A DNA stretch of 64,000 nt from an uncultured Bacilli bacterium (GTDB lineage Bacteria; Bacillota_I; Bacilli_A; RF39; UBA660), in assembly GCA_947626095.1 (NCBI GenBank), contig CANQQV010000001.1:64001-128000 (forward strand), in the 5' to 3' direction. Position numbers and translations under genes: made by a program. Of this stretch, positions 1-9,880 are shown piece by piece. Under the pieces are notes generated by a model, which searched no databases, was not told the DNA's origin, and saw nothing but the letters and a program-made list of their open reading frames with translations. The stretch's first letter is position 1. Each line of letters starts with the position of its first letter.

Positions 1-60
1 AGTCAATTGCTAAAATACCAATTATGTGATTTAATTTTATTAGAGTAAAGGAATGTTAAT

Positions 61-744
61 ATGAAAAAACTATCATCGGATAAAGCCTTAGAATTATTAA
101 TTAAAGATGTTATTCATCAAAAAGAAGAACTTGAATTACCAAAGAATAAATGGGTTAAACACTGTATATTTACTGCCATCGCCGCTGGACGCATAGCTCG
201 AAAACTTAATTTAGATGAAGACTACGCTAATGCCTTAGGTTATATCCATGATATTGGTCGTAAAATAAGTCATGATAATCATCCAATTTATGGTTACAGA
301 TACATGGTTAAAGAAGGTTATGAAGAAGAAGCTAGAAGTTGTATAACTCACTCTTTCATTGATAACGATATCAATCTTACAGCTGGACCTCCTCCAGAAG
401 GAGAAGCTTACGAGTTTATGAGCGATTATCTAGCTAATACTGAATTAACTATCTATGATAACATTGTTCAAATGTGCGATTTATTCTGTTTAGAAACTGG
501 TTTTACTACTGTCGAAAGAAGATTACTAGACATTACTAAAAGAAAAGGTGTATATTCACAATCTGCAGCTCACCTAGAAAGTACCTTTAATTTAAAAGAA
601 CGTCTAGAAACCCAAATGGGTTGTTCACTATATTCTCTATTCCCTGAAATAAGTCCAGATATTATTGCTTCTATTGAAACAGATCATCAAGAACTAGTTA
701 CATTAATTGAGCAATCTAAACAACAAAACAAAAGATCACTATAG
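61..744 (+). CDS. HD-domain metal-dependent phosphohydrolase
   Basis: H...HDIGR...H...HS...D motif pattern (WVKHC, YIHDIGR, HPIYG, ITHSF, MCD). Confidence 0.8.
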   Translation: MKKLSSDKALELLIKDVIHQKEELELPKNKWVKHCIFTAIAAGRIARKLNLDEDYANALGYIHDIGRKISHDNHPIYGYRYMVKEGYEEEARSCITHSFIDNDINLTAGPPPEGEAYEFMSDYLANTELTIYDNIVQMCDLFCLETGFTTVERRLLDITKRKGVYSQSAAHLESTFNLKERLETQMGCSLYSLFPEISPDIIASIETDHQELVTLIEQSKQQNKRSL

Positions 745-760
745 TTTTAAGGAGGTTCAT

Positions 761-2134
761 ATGGAAAAGAAAAAACCAAATATTATCTTATACACAATTT
801 TAATGTGTATCATCTTTCTTTTTATTACTGAAGGAATTATCTGGGGCTACGGTGGAAGACTAATCTATAGTGCTATTGCTACCCTTCCCCAAGGTCATCT
901 AGTTATTAGTGAAGCAGTATTAGCTGTAATGGTTCTTATCGTTATGCTAATTTTTAAAAATTCCTATGTCTTCACGCAAAAAAAAGAAAAACTATCAACT
1001 AGTTTATTTTATGGATTATTCGATATAATTTGTGCCTGCATTTTCACTTTACTATATGGTGTATTAAGTGGTGGTTTATTTAGTGGCCTTGCTGTCATAA
1101 ACATATTCATTGGTTGTATCCTTGTAGGTATATGTGAAGAATTTCTCTGTCGTGGTTGGTTACTAAACGAATTCCTAGAAAGATTTGGTGACACCAAAAA
1201 AGGTATTTGGTATTCAATTATTATAAGTGGTATCATCTTTGGTCTAATGCATATTGGTAATATCTTTACTGTCGGTCAAAGTGTTATTTCCACCATCAGT
1301 CAAGTTGTAAATGCCACAGGGGCTGGTATTTTCTATGGCATAATATACTACAAAACTAAAAATATATGGTCCGTAATAATCCTTCATGCCTTTTGGGATT
1401 TTTCCTTATTTTTAGGAGATTTAGCTCCAGTAACTGAACTAGTAGAAACGCACCAAACAATAAGTATCATTTCACTTATTTTTACCATCTTAATTGTTTT
1501 AGCTCAATTAATTAATATTATTCCCTATCTAAAAGATATTAATAATAAACCTAAAAAAAGCGTAATCATCTACTTAGCAATCCTAAGTACATTCCTATAC
1601 CTAGTATTTACAATAACTATGGTAGTCTTAACAACTAAAAGTAGTAATACATATGAATTTGGTAATCTTCGCTTAGATAACTATGCTATAACTAGAGATA
1701 ACTATCAAGAATACAATATCTATTATACTGGTTCGGATAATTACTCGTTCAAAATAAGTAAAACTAACAAAAATAACCTATTAATTACTAACTTAAACAC
1801 TGAATCATCAGTCGAAATTGAATGTGAACAATTAATTGATTATCTAATTTTAGAACAAGATAAATACTATATTCTAAGTTACCTAGATTATACAGATAGC
1901 CAAAACTATTTCTTAAACTACATTTATTTACCTAAGGAAGAATTATCTAATGAAGATGAATACTTAGATCATATTAAGAATGACATGAAGAAATATTTAG
2001 TTAACGAAAGTAGTGAACTAGTCGTAATAAGTGACAATGCTAATCACACTTCATATGTTAGTAGTTATAATGTCGATTATGGTTATTACGTTCTTACTAG
2101 TGAAGACAGTGTTTCTATCTTAAACCGTGATTAA
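761..2134 (+). CDS. CPBP/Abi (CAAX) family intramembrane glutamic metalloprotease with C-terminal extracellular extension
   Basis: EEFLCRG, FGLMH and HAFWD motifs plus multiple TM helices. Start moved to ATG 761, which follows a GGAGG RBS. Confidence 0.85.
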   Translation: MEKKKPNIILYTILMCIIFLFITEGIIWGYGGRLIYSAIATLPQGHLVISEAVLAVMVLIVMLIFKNSYVFTQKKEKLSTSLFYGLFDIICACIFTLLYGVLSGGLFSGLAVINIFIGCILVGICEEFLCRGWLLNEFLERFGDTKKGIWYSIIISGIIFGLMHIGNIFTVGQSVISTISQVVNATGAGIFYGIIYYKTKNIWSVIILHAFWDFSLFLGDLAPVTELVETHQTISIISLIFTILIVLAQLINIIPYLKDINNKPKKSVIIYLAILSTFLYLVFTITMVVLTTKSSNTYEFGNLRLDNYAITRDNYQEYNIYYTGSDNYSFKISKTNKNNLLITNLNTESSVEIECEQLIDYLILEQDKYYILSYLDYTDSQNYFLNYIYLPKEELSNEDEYLDHIKNDMKKYLVNESSELVVISDNANHTSYVSSYNVDYGYYVLTSEDSVSILNRD

Positions 2135-2177
2135 TATGATATAATAACTCCTAGTTAACAAAATTAAGGAGGTTTAT

Positions 2178-2684
2178 ATGAAAGCAAGATGTAAAATATT
2201 TATTGCTGCCATCCTAAGCTGTGGTATCATTACCAACGTTAGATCATGTTCTGGTAATATTAAAATGTCCAAACCTCCCATTATTAATTATGAACAATAT
2301 GATATTGAAGATAATCCTATCTTTGCTACATATAGTGAAGGAAAAATATATATAACCGAAAATCCCCAAGATATAACTGACGAACAGGAAAAAGATATCG
2401 TCATTGCTGATTATCGTGACATAAAAGAAGATATGCAAATAACATCTTCATATCGTATTAATGACATATCAACTCAATTAAAAATTATTGATTTACTTCT
2501 AACATACAATGAACTATATCCTAGTGATACTCCATGGAATAGAACAAAAAACTCCATGTTAAACGAATGGATAGCTCATAACATCGCCTACCTTTGTAAT
2601 TACGAAAGACAAAGTAGTGAAAGTGTTGATTTTGAAAACAATGAAGAAGAAAGATACAATATCTTAAAATTAATAAAAAAATAA
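2178..2684 (+). CDS. Exported hypothetical protein with R-x3-S-x3-EW-x2-HN motif
   Basis: AAGGAGG RBS; N-terminal hydrophobic segment; C-terminal WNRTKNSMLNEWIAHNIAY. Confidence 0.55.
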   Translation: MKARCKIFIAAILSCGIITNVRSCSGNIKMSKPPIINYEQYDIEDNPIFATYSEGKIYITENPQDITDEQEKDIVIADYRDIKEDMQITSSYRINDISTQLKIIDLLLTYNELYPSDTPWNRTKNSMLNEWIAHNIAYLCNYERQSSESVDFENNEEERYNILKLIKK

Positions 2685-2716
2685 ACTAGAATATAAGAAC
2701 CTATATTCTAGTTTTT
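2683..2716. terminator. Bidirectional intrinsic terminator
   Basis: aaactagaatata-agaacc-tatattctagttttt inverted repeat between convergent genes. Confidence 0.75.
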
Positions 2717-2730
2717 ATGTAAATATATTA

Positions 2731-4533
2731 TTAAGATATTAAATAACTTATTTTCTTTCTCATATACATCATAGTAGGAAATAATAGTATTAAAAAAACA
2801 TAACCTATTATTACAATAGAAAACAATAATAAATAACTAACTGGTAAAATCAAATTAAAGTTATATCTAAATAACAAGAATAATAAAGACAAATAAAATA
2901 TAAAAATACTTAATAATAAACAAATAATAATTTGATAAATATATTCATAATATATAATAAATACTATCTGTGATTTTCTTAAACCAAATATCTGTAAATA
3001 CCCTATTTCTTTTTTACGATAAAACAAACTAAGTCTTATTTGATTAAAAATAAACAGCAATCCTATTAAACTAATTATAAAAGCAATAATAAATATAACA
3101 TCAGCAATAGTATTGGCAATACTTGTAACATTTGCTATTTTATTTTCTAATGACAAATAATTACTAAATGGATTATCAATCAAATACTTATAGTATATAC
3201 TTTCTTTATCATAAATATTATTATCTCCTATATACTTATACATACTCGTATTTTCATCAATAATACTACCAATTATCTTTAACTCATCATACATCATAAA
3301 AACAGCCGGTTTATTAATATTTTGATATAAATAATTCCAATCGTATTGAAAGTAAATGTTATTATCATAATTATCTTCAGCCTTACCAACAACACCAACT
3401 ATTTTATATTTAACATCTTTAATTATTATTTCTCTATTAATAGCTTCCTTGTATGTCATATGTAAAACATCTTCAACATACCTGTAATCAACCAATACCT
3501 CCAATTGATTTTCAGGAGTTCTTCCACACTCTAAAACACCTGGTATCTTAAAATTAACAGCATCATAATCATATATAGGATATACATCATATAATTCATC
3601 ATTAAAAACATAACTATCATATTTTATAAATTCACTAGAATTAATTAATTGTTCAGCTTCTGAATATTGTTCTAAACCAGGAATCATATTATAACTTATA
3701 TACATATAAGGATAGCTATTTTTAGAATAATTAACATATTCGTTAGGAAAATACATTTTTAAAGATATAGCCAATAATATTAATATTAAAAATACTACAA
3801 TAATGATTTTAGTAAAGTAGTTATGTTTAATTTTACTACGTGCATATTTACAAAGATACTTCAAATTAAAATTATTTATTTCCTCACTACTTTCAATATA
3901 TGACTTTGATTCGAATTTATCTTTTTTACGTTTTTCTATCTTACCATAATTCAAATGTACTACTTCTCCATATGCATCAAAAATATCTTTATGAGTAACT
4001 AAAATAATTATCCTATCTTTAATTTTAGATAAATATTTAATAAAAATTAAAGAATTTTTAATATCTAAAGCAGATGTCGGTTCATCTAACAAAATAATTT
4101 TTCGATTGTTTAACAATGTCCTTATTAAAGCAAAACGTTGTCGTTCTCCACCAGATATTTCATTTGGATATTTATTAAGTAAATGAAAAACACCAAACAA
4201 TTTAGTATATCTAATAATCTCATTTAGATTATCATTTATGAGCATTAAATTATCTATTAAAGTTAGTGATGAAATAAGTAATGAATTTTGACACATATAA
4301 CCAATCATACTATGTAATTTTTTGGATGAGATTTTTCGTGTATCCACATCATCTATCAAATATTTTCCTTCATATTCATCAATAATTCCACAAAGAATAT
4401 TTAGTAAAGTAGTCTTACCACAGCCACTAACACCTTTAATTATATATATATTATTATATTCAAAAGTTATATTTATATCATCTAACACTTTATTTCCATT
4501 ATAACATTTAGTAATGTTTTTCAAAGTAATCAT
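2731..4533 (-). CDS. ABC ATPase-FtsX/MacB-like permease fusion
   Basis: Walker A GVSGCGKT, signature ISGGERQR, Walker B LLDEP, H-loop VTH; then TM, extracellular domain and 3 TM with RKKEIGYLQIFG. Confidence 0.85.
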   Translation of the reverse strand: MITLKNITKCYNGNKVLDDINITFEYNNIYIIKGVSGCGKTTLLNILCGIIDEYEGKYLIDDVDTRKISSKKLHSMIGYMCQNSLLISSLTLIDNLMLINDNLNEIIRYTKLFGVFHLLNKYPNEISGGERQRFALIRTLLNNRKIILLDEPTSALDIKNSLIFIKYLSKIKDRIIILVTHKDIFDAYGEVVHLNYGKIEKRKKDKFESKSYIESSEEINNFNLKYLCKYARSKIKHNYFTKIIIVVFLILILLAISLKMYFPNEYVNYSKNSYPYMYISYNMIPGLEQYSEAEQLINSSEFIKYDSYVFNDELYDVYPIYDYDAVNFKIPGVLECGRTPENQLEVLVDYRYVEDVLHMTYKEAINREIIIKDVKYKIVGVVGKAEDNYDNNIYFQYDWNYLYQNINKPAVFMMYDELKIIGSIIDENTSMYKYIGDNNIYDKESIYYKYLIDNPFSNYLSLENKIANVTSIANTIADVIFIIAFIISLIGLLFIFNQIRLSLFYRKKEIGYLQIFGLRKSQIVFIIYYEYIYQIIICLLLSIFIFYLSLLFLLFRYNFNLILPVSYLLLFSIVIIGYVFLILLFPTMMYMRKKISYLIS

Positions 4534-6398
4534 AATAAATCCCTACCTTTATAACTAACTTTTAACCAACCATCTATCTTTAAATGTCTAAAAGTAATTA
4601 AAGTTAATAAAATAGATATTACAAGTATTGATAAAAACATTATAAAAACAAAAGGTACATTACAACTAAATAAAACATAATTAGTAAAATTACATATATT
4701 ATTTAAAGTATTAAGTACAAAGCTTAATAATATCGACAAAATAAAAGATATAGTAAATAACTTAATAATTTCCACTATATAAACCAATTGCGTGGCTATT
4801 CTAATTTTATTTACTTTAAAACCTAAAGAGGCATAAATTCCTAAAATGTATTCATTATATTTTAAATCAATCAATTTATATTGTAGGTAAAAAATAATAA
4901 CAGTTATAATACTAATTACTATAGCTGGATATAAATAAACAGATAAAGAAGCTAAAAACATTTTTTGATCAACAAAATTTTCTCCTAAAGCATCAACTTC
5001 AATATTATCGGTATTAATGTCGCCATCTTCATTAAAATAATCTTTGTAAAATCTCATTAAATCTTTTTCTTCAGTAAAATAAAGTTCTAATGATAATTTA
5101 TTTAAGTTTAGGTTACTATCAGCAAAATACTTATCAAAATATTTACCATTAATAAAATATAAAGAATTTATTCCCTCAAGATTAGGATATAATCCGCCAC
5201 CACTAAAATACATGATTTCTTTTTCATTAAGCGAATCCATAATACCGATTATTTCAAATTCTTCAATATCATCAAATAAGTTAATTTTTATTTTTTCGCC
5301 AATTAAGTTGCTTGGTTTATTAGAAATTGAAAGAGCTTTATCCTGTGACAATATAACTTGCTTTTCCTTGGTAAAATAACTACCATATTTTATTATACTA
5401 GTTAATGGAAAGTTGCTACTTTTAGATGGCAAAGCTGAAATCATGTAATCATAATTTTCATTATAAGGTAAATTAGAAATATTTTCACGATAACTAAATA
5501 TTACTTCGCTTATATTATATTTTTCTTTAAGTTTTTCCAAATCATAATTCTGTGGAACCCTCACGCTTAAATAATTAACGCTACTCTTCCTTAAAGACGA
5601 CATAAGCATTTTACCATCTACATCAGAACAAAAATATACTATTAACAAACTTATTACAAAAACAAATATAAGTACAATTTTTGAGAATAAATTATTACGA
5701 TATGAGTTCTGTTTAAGCACAAATTTATATAAATTAGGTTTTTTAAGTTTAACTGTTTTTTCAGCAACTAACTCAGTATCAACAATTAAAGAATTATTTA
5801 CCTCAAAGCTAAAATCGGCATATTTTTTAGCATCTTTATCATGGGAAGCAAAAATAATCAACTTATCTTTTCCCATATTTTTCAATAACTTAAAAAGTTC
5901 TATTTTATTATTAAAATCTAATGAAGAACTAACTTCATCTAATAAAAATATTTTATTATCCAAAAGTAAAAATTGACATATTATTACTCTTTGCTGTTCA
6001 CCACCAGATATTTCTGAAGGCATTTTATCTAATATGTTATTAATTTTAAATTTTTTAGCCAATAAAGCTATTTTTTTGCAATCATCAGAACATAATCGCA
6101 AATTATCCATAATATTTAAATATTCAATAAGACGACTATCCTGACTTATATAAGCAATCAAGTCTTCTATTTCTTCTTTACATACTCTACCCGAATATGT
6201 TTTAGCATTTATTACAATACTCCCTGAATCAAAAGATTCAAAACCATATATAATATTCAAAAGAGTACTCTTACCACTTCCAGAATAACCATATAATAAA
6301 TAAAATCCATTTTTTCCAAAAGAATAACTAAAATCACTAATAACTGTTCTCTCACCAAAAGATTTAAAAATTTTTTTTAAGACAATAAAGCTTTCCAT
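4530..6398 (-). CDS. ABC ATPase-FtsX/MacB-like permease fusion (second copy)
   Basis: GYSGSGKS, ISGGEQQR, LLDEV, ASHD; MacB-like topology; 4-bp overlap with the next gene. Confidence 0.85.
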   Translation of the reverse strand: MESFIVLKKIFKSFGERTVISDFSYSFGKNGFYLLYGYSGSGKSTLLNIIYGFESFDSGSIVINAKTYSGRVCKEEIEDLIAYISQDSRLIEYLNIMDNLRLCSDDCKKIALLAKKFKINNILDKMPSEISGGEQQRVIICQFLLLDNKIFLLDEVSSSLDFNNKIELFKLLKNMGKDKLIIFASHDKDAKKYADFSFEVNNSLIVDTELVAEKTVKLKKPNLYKFVLKQNSYRNNLFSKIVLIFVFVISLLIVYFCSDVDGKMLMSSLRKSSVNYLSVRVPQNYDLEKLKEKYNISEVIFSYRENISNLPYNENYDYMISALPSKSSNFPLTSIIKYGSYFTKEKQVILSQDKALSISNKPSNLIGEKIKINLFDDIEEFEIIGIMDSLNEKEIMYFSGGGLYPNLEGINSLYFINGKYFDKYFADSNLNLNKLSLELYFTEEKDLMRFYKDYFNEDGDINTDNIEVDALGENFVDQKMFLASLSVYLYPAIVISIITVIIFYLQYKLIDLKYNEYILGIYASLGFKVNKIRIATQLVYIVEIIKLFTISFILSILLSFVLNTLNNICNFTNYVLFSCNVPFVFIMFLSILVISILLTLITFRHLKIDGWLKVSYKGRDLL

Positions 6399-6401
6399 AT
6401 T

Positions 6402-7196
6402 CTATCTCCCAAAATTTTCTAATAAAGCAAAAAGACTATCATATTCTCTTGGTAAATAATCAAAATGTTTAATTGTCTGTTCAATATTATGCTGTAAAAT
6501 ATAATTTTCTATTTTCAAAATCATATTATACATATCTTTATTTTTTGTTTTTCCACTTTCAACATTATCTCTTAACGAACCTGTTTCTGAGTTAATATAA
6601 TCAATTCTAACTCTCGAAATATACCCATAATCACTCAATAAAGCAACTTGCCAATGATTATTATTTATTTCCACCGATTGTTCCATTCCCCAATATACAT
6701 CAGGTCCAGGTTCTCTAATATATTCTTTATTAAATACATCATTAAAAAGGTATACCAAATCTTCTTTAGAAAAATGTTCAGTATCTAAGTCATCCAAATC
6801 TTTAACAGAAATTTCGCTACTAAAATTCTTATTTTCAAAAAAATCTATTATTTCCAATATTTCCTTAGTATATGTTTTATTATAAATCTTAGAAACCATT
6901 GGAATTTCTACTTGATCGATTTCTTCACCAGTATCTCCATCATAAATTGGCATATAATAACCATCCATATGTGGATATTTTAAATTATAAGAATCAAAAG
7001 CATAACTACATATATTACCTTTTTCATCTCTTACCATTGTAAACTCATAAACCCAATCATCATCTTTATCCAAATAGCTATTTACATTAAAATATCTTAG
7101 GCTATCGTTACTTTCTGAAGGTTGTTCTTTCTTTTCGCAGCCAAAAGAGAGAAATATAATACAGCTTAAAACTAGGGTTAAAGAAAATCGTTTCAA
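6402..7196 (-). CDS. Lipoprotein, hypothetical
   Basis: TTG start after AGGAGG; lipobox LSFG-C. Confidence 0.7.
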   Translation of the reverse strand: MKRFSLTLVLSCIIFLSFGCEKKEQPSESNDSLRYFNVNSYLDKDDDWVYEFTMVRDEKGNICSYAFDSYNLKYPHMDGYYMPIYDGDTGEEIDQVEIPMVSKIYNKTYTKEILEIIDFFENKNFSSEISVKDLDDLDTEHFSKEDLVYLFNDVFNKEYIREPGPDVYWGMEQSVEINNNHWQVALLSDYGYISRVRIDYINSETGSLRDNVESGKTKNKDMYNMILKIENYILQHNIEQTIKHFDYLPREYDSLFALLENFGR

Positions 7197-7273
7197 ATCA
7201 AAAACCTCCTTTTAGCAAAAAAGAGAAAATTACTTTCTCGATTTTACAAACTATATCATATAAACTAAAATAT

Positions 7274-7765
7274 CTATAATACAGATATATTATAAGTAAA
7301 GAATGAATTAGTAGCTGAATTTGGATCACCAGCAATTCTCATCAACAAGAACTTTAAATAAAGCTCAACTCCAGAGTCTCCAGCACTATCCAAATTTCCA
7401 TTATCATTTGTAACTACATCACAGCTCAATATTTTTAACCCACTAAATGGACATGTATATGTCCTAGCAAGTTCATCATCGTTTGGATAAACATCTTGCT
7501 CATACAAATAACTAAACAATCTCCTATTGTTATTTGCAACAAAAGTTGAAGGAAGACTAGCTTTATACTTAATATCAGCAGAAACCATATGACCTGTAAC
7601 ACTTGAGCTACTTGGCGAAGTCAAATCATACTTCTCTGTACTATAAAATGAACCAGCTGTTAACTTAGGTCCATTAATTACACCTGTTGAAGATTTTGCA
7701 CAAACGTTTTTAACACCTAAAACAATTGTTAAAATCAAAAACATAATAACTAATGATTTCTTCAT
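7274..7765 (-). CDS. Secreted hypothetical protein
   Basis: Sec signal peptide MKKSLVIMFLILTIVLGVKNVCA; strong RBS. Confidence 0.7.
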   Translation of the reverse strand: MKKSLVIMFLILTIVLGVKNVCAKSSTGVINGPKLTAGSFYSTEKYDLTSPSSSSVTGHMVSADIKYKASLPSTFVANNNRRLFSYLYEQDVYPNDDELARTYTCPFSGLKILSCDVVTNDNGNLDSAGDSGVELYLKFLLMRIAGDPNSATNSFFTYNISVL

Positions 7766-7829
7766 TTTTTACCTCCTTTCTTCTAATATTTTATTAAATC
7801 TAAAAATAGAATTAATAACCAAATTACAA

Positions 7830-8534
7830 TTATATATATACACCTTTCATTTGATCAAAAAAATTTAGAATTGTTGTATTATCAAACAAGAATACACCTC
7901 CAGCACCTTCTGATGAGATAGTATATCTTTTGCTAATCGATAAAGATATAGTATTTACAGCATGTTGATAACTTGCATAAACTGTTCCGCCTTTAGAAAC
8001 ACGAAAATATTGAGTAATATGCATATCATCGCCATTTGGTATTAATTTAACAGATACTCCAAATCCATTAGAAAAATTAACCATTTCAGTAGAGCGTAAA
8101 AAATCTGTAGAATTAGAAACATATGTTACAGGAGTAGAAGTCAAACTTGTATTTACAAAACGTGCTCCAATTAAATCATAACTACGCACAACAGGTGTTT
8201 TAAGCCAGTCGACAACAACAGTTACTAAACAGTCAGTGGAACAAGAACTTGCTATTTTTATTGTTTTACTACTAGTTGTATGAGAAGTATCTAATAGAGC
8301 ATAACTACTATTTGTTGTTATTTTACTATTACTTATATCATCCGAAAAAATATTTATATAATCTTCCTTATTTAACAAATTTTGAAATCCCTCATAAAAA
8401 ACTTCACTTATAAATTCGTACTCTTCCTTTGTTAAAACAACTCCATTCTCGTTAGTGTAATAAATCTGGGCATTCACTTTTAACGTAAAAATCATAACTA
8501 ATAAATATAACAAAAACCAACACTTTTTTCTCAT
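7830..8534 (-). CDS. Secreted hypothetical protein (beta-rich)
   Basis: Signal peptide ending VNA; start moved to ATG 8534, which follows GAGGTG. Confidence 0.7.
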   Translation of the reverse strand: MRKKCWFLLYLLVMIFTLKVNAQIYYTNENGVVLTKEEYEFISEVFYEGFQNLLNKEDYINIFSDDISNSKITTNSSYALLDTSHTTSSKTIKIASSCSTDCLVTVVVDWLKTPVVRSYDLIGARFVNTSLTSTPVTYVSNSTDFLRSTEMVNFSNGFGVSVKLIPNGDDMHITQYFRVSKGGTVYASYQHAVNTISLSISKRYTISSEGAGGVFLFDNTTILNFFDQMKGVYI

Positions 8535-8584
8535 AACATTCACCTCATTAAAATCACAATACCATACCCATCTCCAAGAATAAA

Positions 8585-8633
8585 GTGAATTAAATTCACG
8601 TTAGCTTTTATAGTATCAGTGATTTTAGTTCAC
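8585..8633. promoter_or_regulatory. Two GTGA-N7-TCAC palindromes, putative operators
   Basis: GTGAATTAAATTCAC at 8585-8599 and GTGATTTTAGTTCAC at 8619-8633, between the XRE gene and the downstream operon. Confidence 0.6.
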
Positions 8634-8650
8634 AAAAAAATAGTGCTTTA

Positions 8651-9769
8651 CTAAGCACTATTCACAGCATTGTTTATAAGGTCAATAAAATAATTAGTTT
8701 TCTCTTTCATACTTTTTTCACTGCCACATTGTCCACTTTTGCAAATATATGTTTTATTATAATCAAAACTATATTTTTTATCACTATAATTATTATATGT
8801 TAAAGTATTATAATTATAAAAATAGTAAAAATCTTCAACAGCTTGAGTACCATTATAAACAACAACATTAACAGTTCTTTCTGATAAAATATAAACAATT
8901 TCAATATTCATATTGTCCTTTTTTAAATGGTAATAATAGTAACCTTTGTTTAATTCATCAAATTTTAATTTCATTTTCTCTTCAACATCTAGTAAATCAT
9001 CAGTTTTTTCTTTATTAGTATCGTTACTTGTTGAATCTACCGCTACTTTTGGTTTCTTTGAAAAAAACAAACTATCATTAACATAATCTTCAGTAAAAGA
9101 TAACTTAAAAATTTCATTTGTGTCGTTATAGTAAATTTTAACATACATATTTTCTATAATAGAATTAATATTATTCATATCAAAGTATTCTTCATATCCA
9201 ACTTTATCAAATAAAAGAATATTTTCATCATAACTTGATACTAAAATTGTTTGTTCATCATCTAAAGTATAATATACTTCAACTTTTTCAATTTTATTAG
9301 TTTTATCATAATTCAAACATGAAACATTTCCAAGATTAAAATAAACCTTTTCTTTTGTAATAACAAAAAGTCCACTATTTATTTCAAAATTATCACCTTT
9401 ACCATGTACAGTATATATATTAATTGATTTGTATAAATTAATAAAATAATATGAAAAAAATAAAAGAAGTGAAAGAATCAAAAGCGTAACTAAAATCGTA
9501 ATTCTTTTTTTCAAAATAAAACGTTCATTATAAAGCTTTAAGGTGATATTTTCCTTAGGCATCCTTTCGCCAGCAAGTAGTTCATCTATATTTACTGAAA
9601 AAATTTCCGAAAGTTTTTGCAAAGAAGATATATCTGGTAAACTTTTTCCATTCTCCCATTTACTAATAGCTTCTCTACCTAAAGGTATTTTAGAAGCTAA
9701 TTGCTCCTGTGTCCATTTTTTCTCTTCTCTTAGTTTTTTTATAAACTTACCAGTATTATCAAAATTCAT
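8651..9769 (-). CDS. XRE-family HTH regulator with TM helix and extracellular domain
   Basis: GKFIKKLREEKKWTQEQLA...ISKWENGKSLPD HTH, then a hydrophobic TM and about 260 aa C-terminal domain. Confidence 0.85.
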   Translation of the reverse strand: MNFDNTGKFIKKLREEKKWTQEQLASKIPLGREAISKWENGKSLPDISSLQKLSEIFSVNIDELLAGERMPKENITLKLYNERFILKKRITILVTLLILSLLLFFSYYFINLYKSINIYTVHGKGDNFEINSGLFVITKEKVYFNLGNVSCLNYDKTNKIEKVEVYYTLDDEQTILVSSYDENILLFDKVGYEEYFDMNNINSIIENMYVKIYYNDTNEIFKLSFTEDYVNDSLFFSKKPKVAVDSTSNDTNKEKTDDLLDVEEKMKLKFDELNKGYYYYHLKKDNMNIEIVYILSERTVNVVVYNGTQAVEDFYYFYNYNTLTYNNYSDKKYSFDYNKTYICKSGQCGSEKSMKEKTNYFIDLINNAVNSA

Positions 9770-9880
9770 ATAAGCACCTCAATTTACATAGTTAGTATTA
9801 TATCACTAAAAAATTAAAAAACATCACCTCATAATTAAATATTACATGTTATAATTATTAAAATAAGAGAGTGTGATTTT

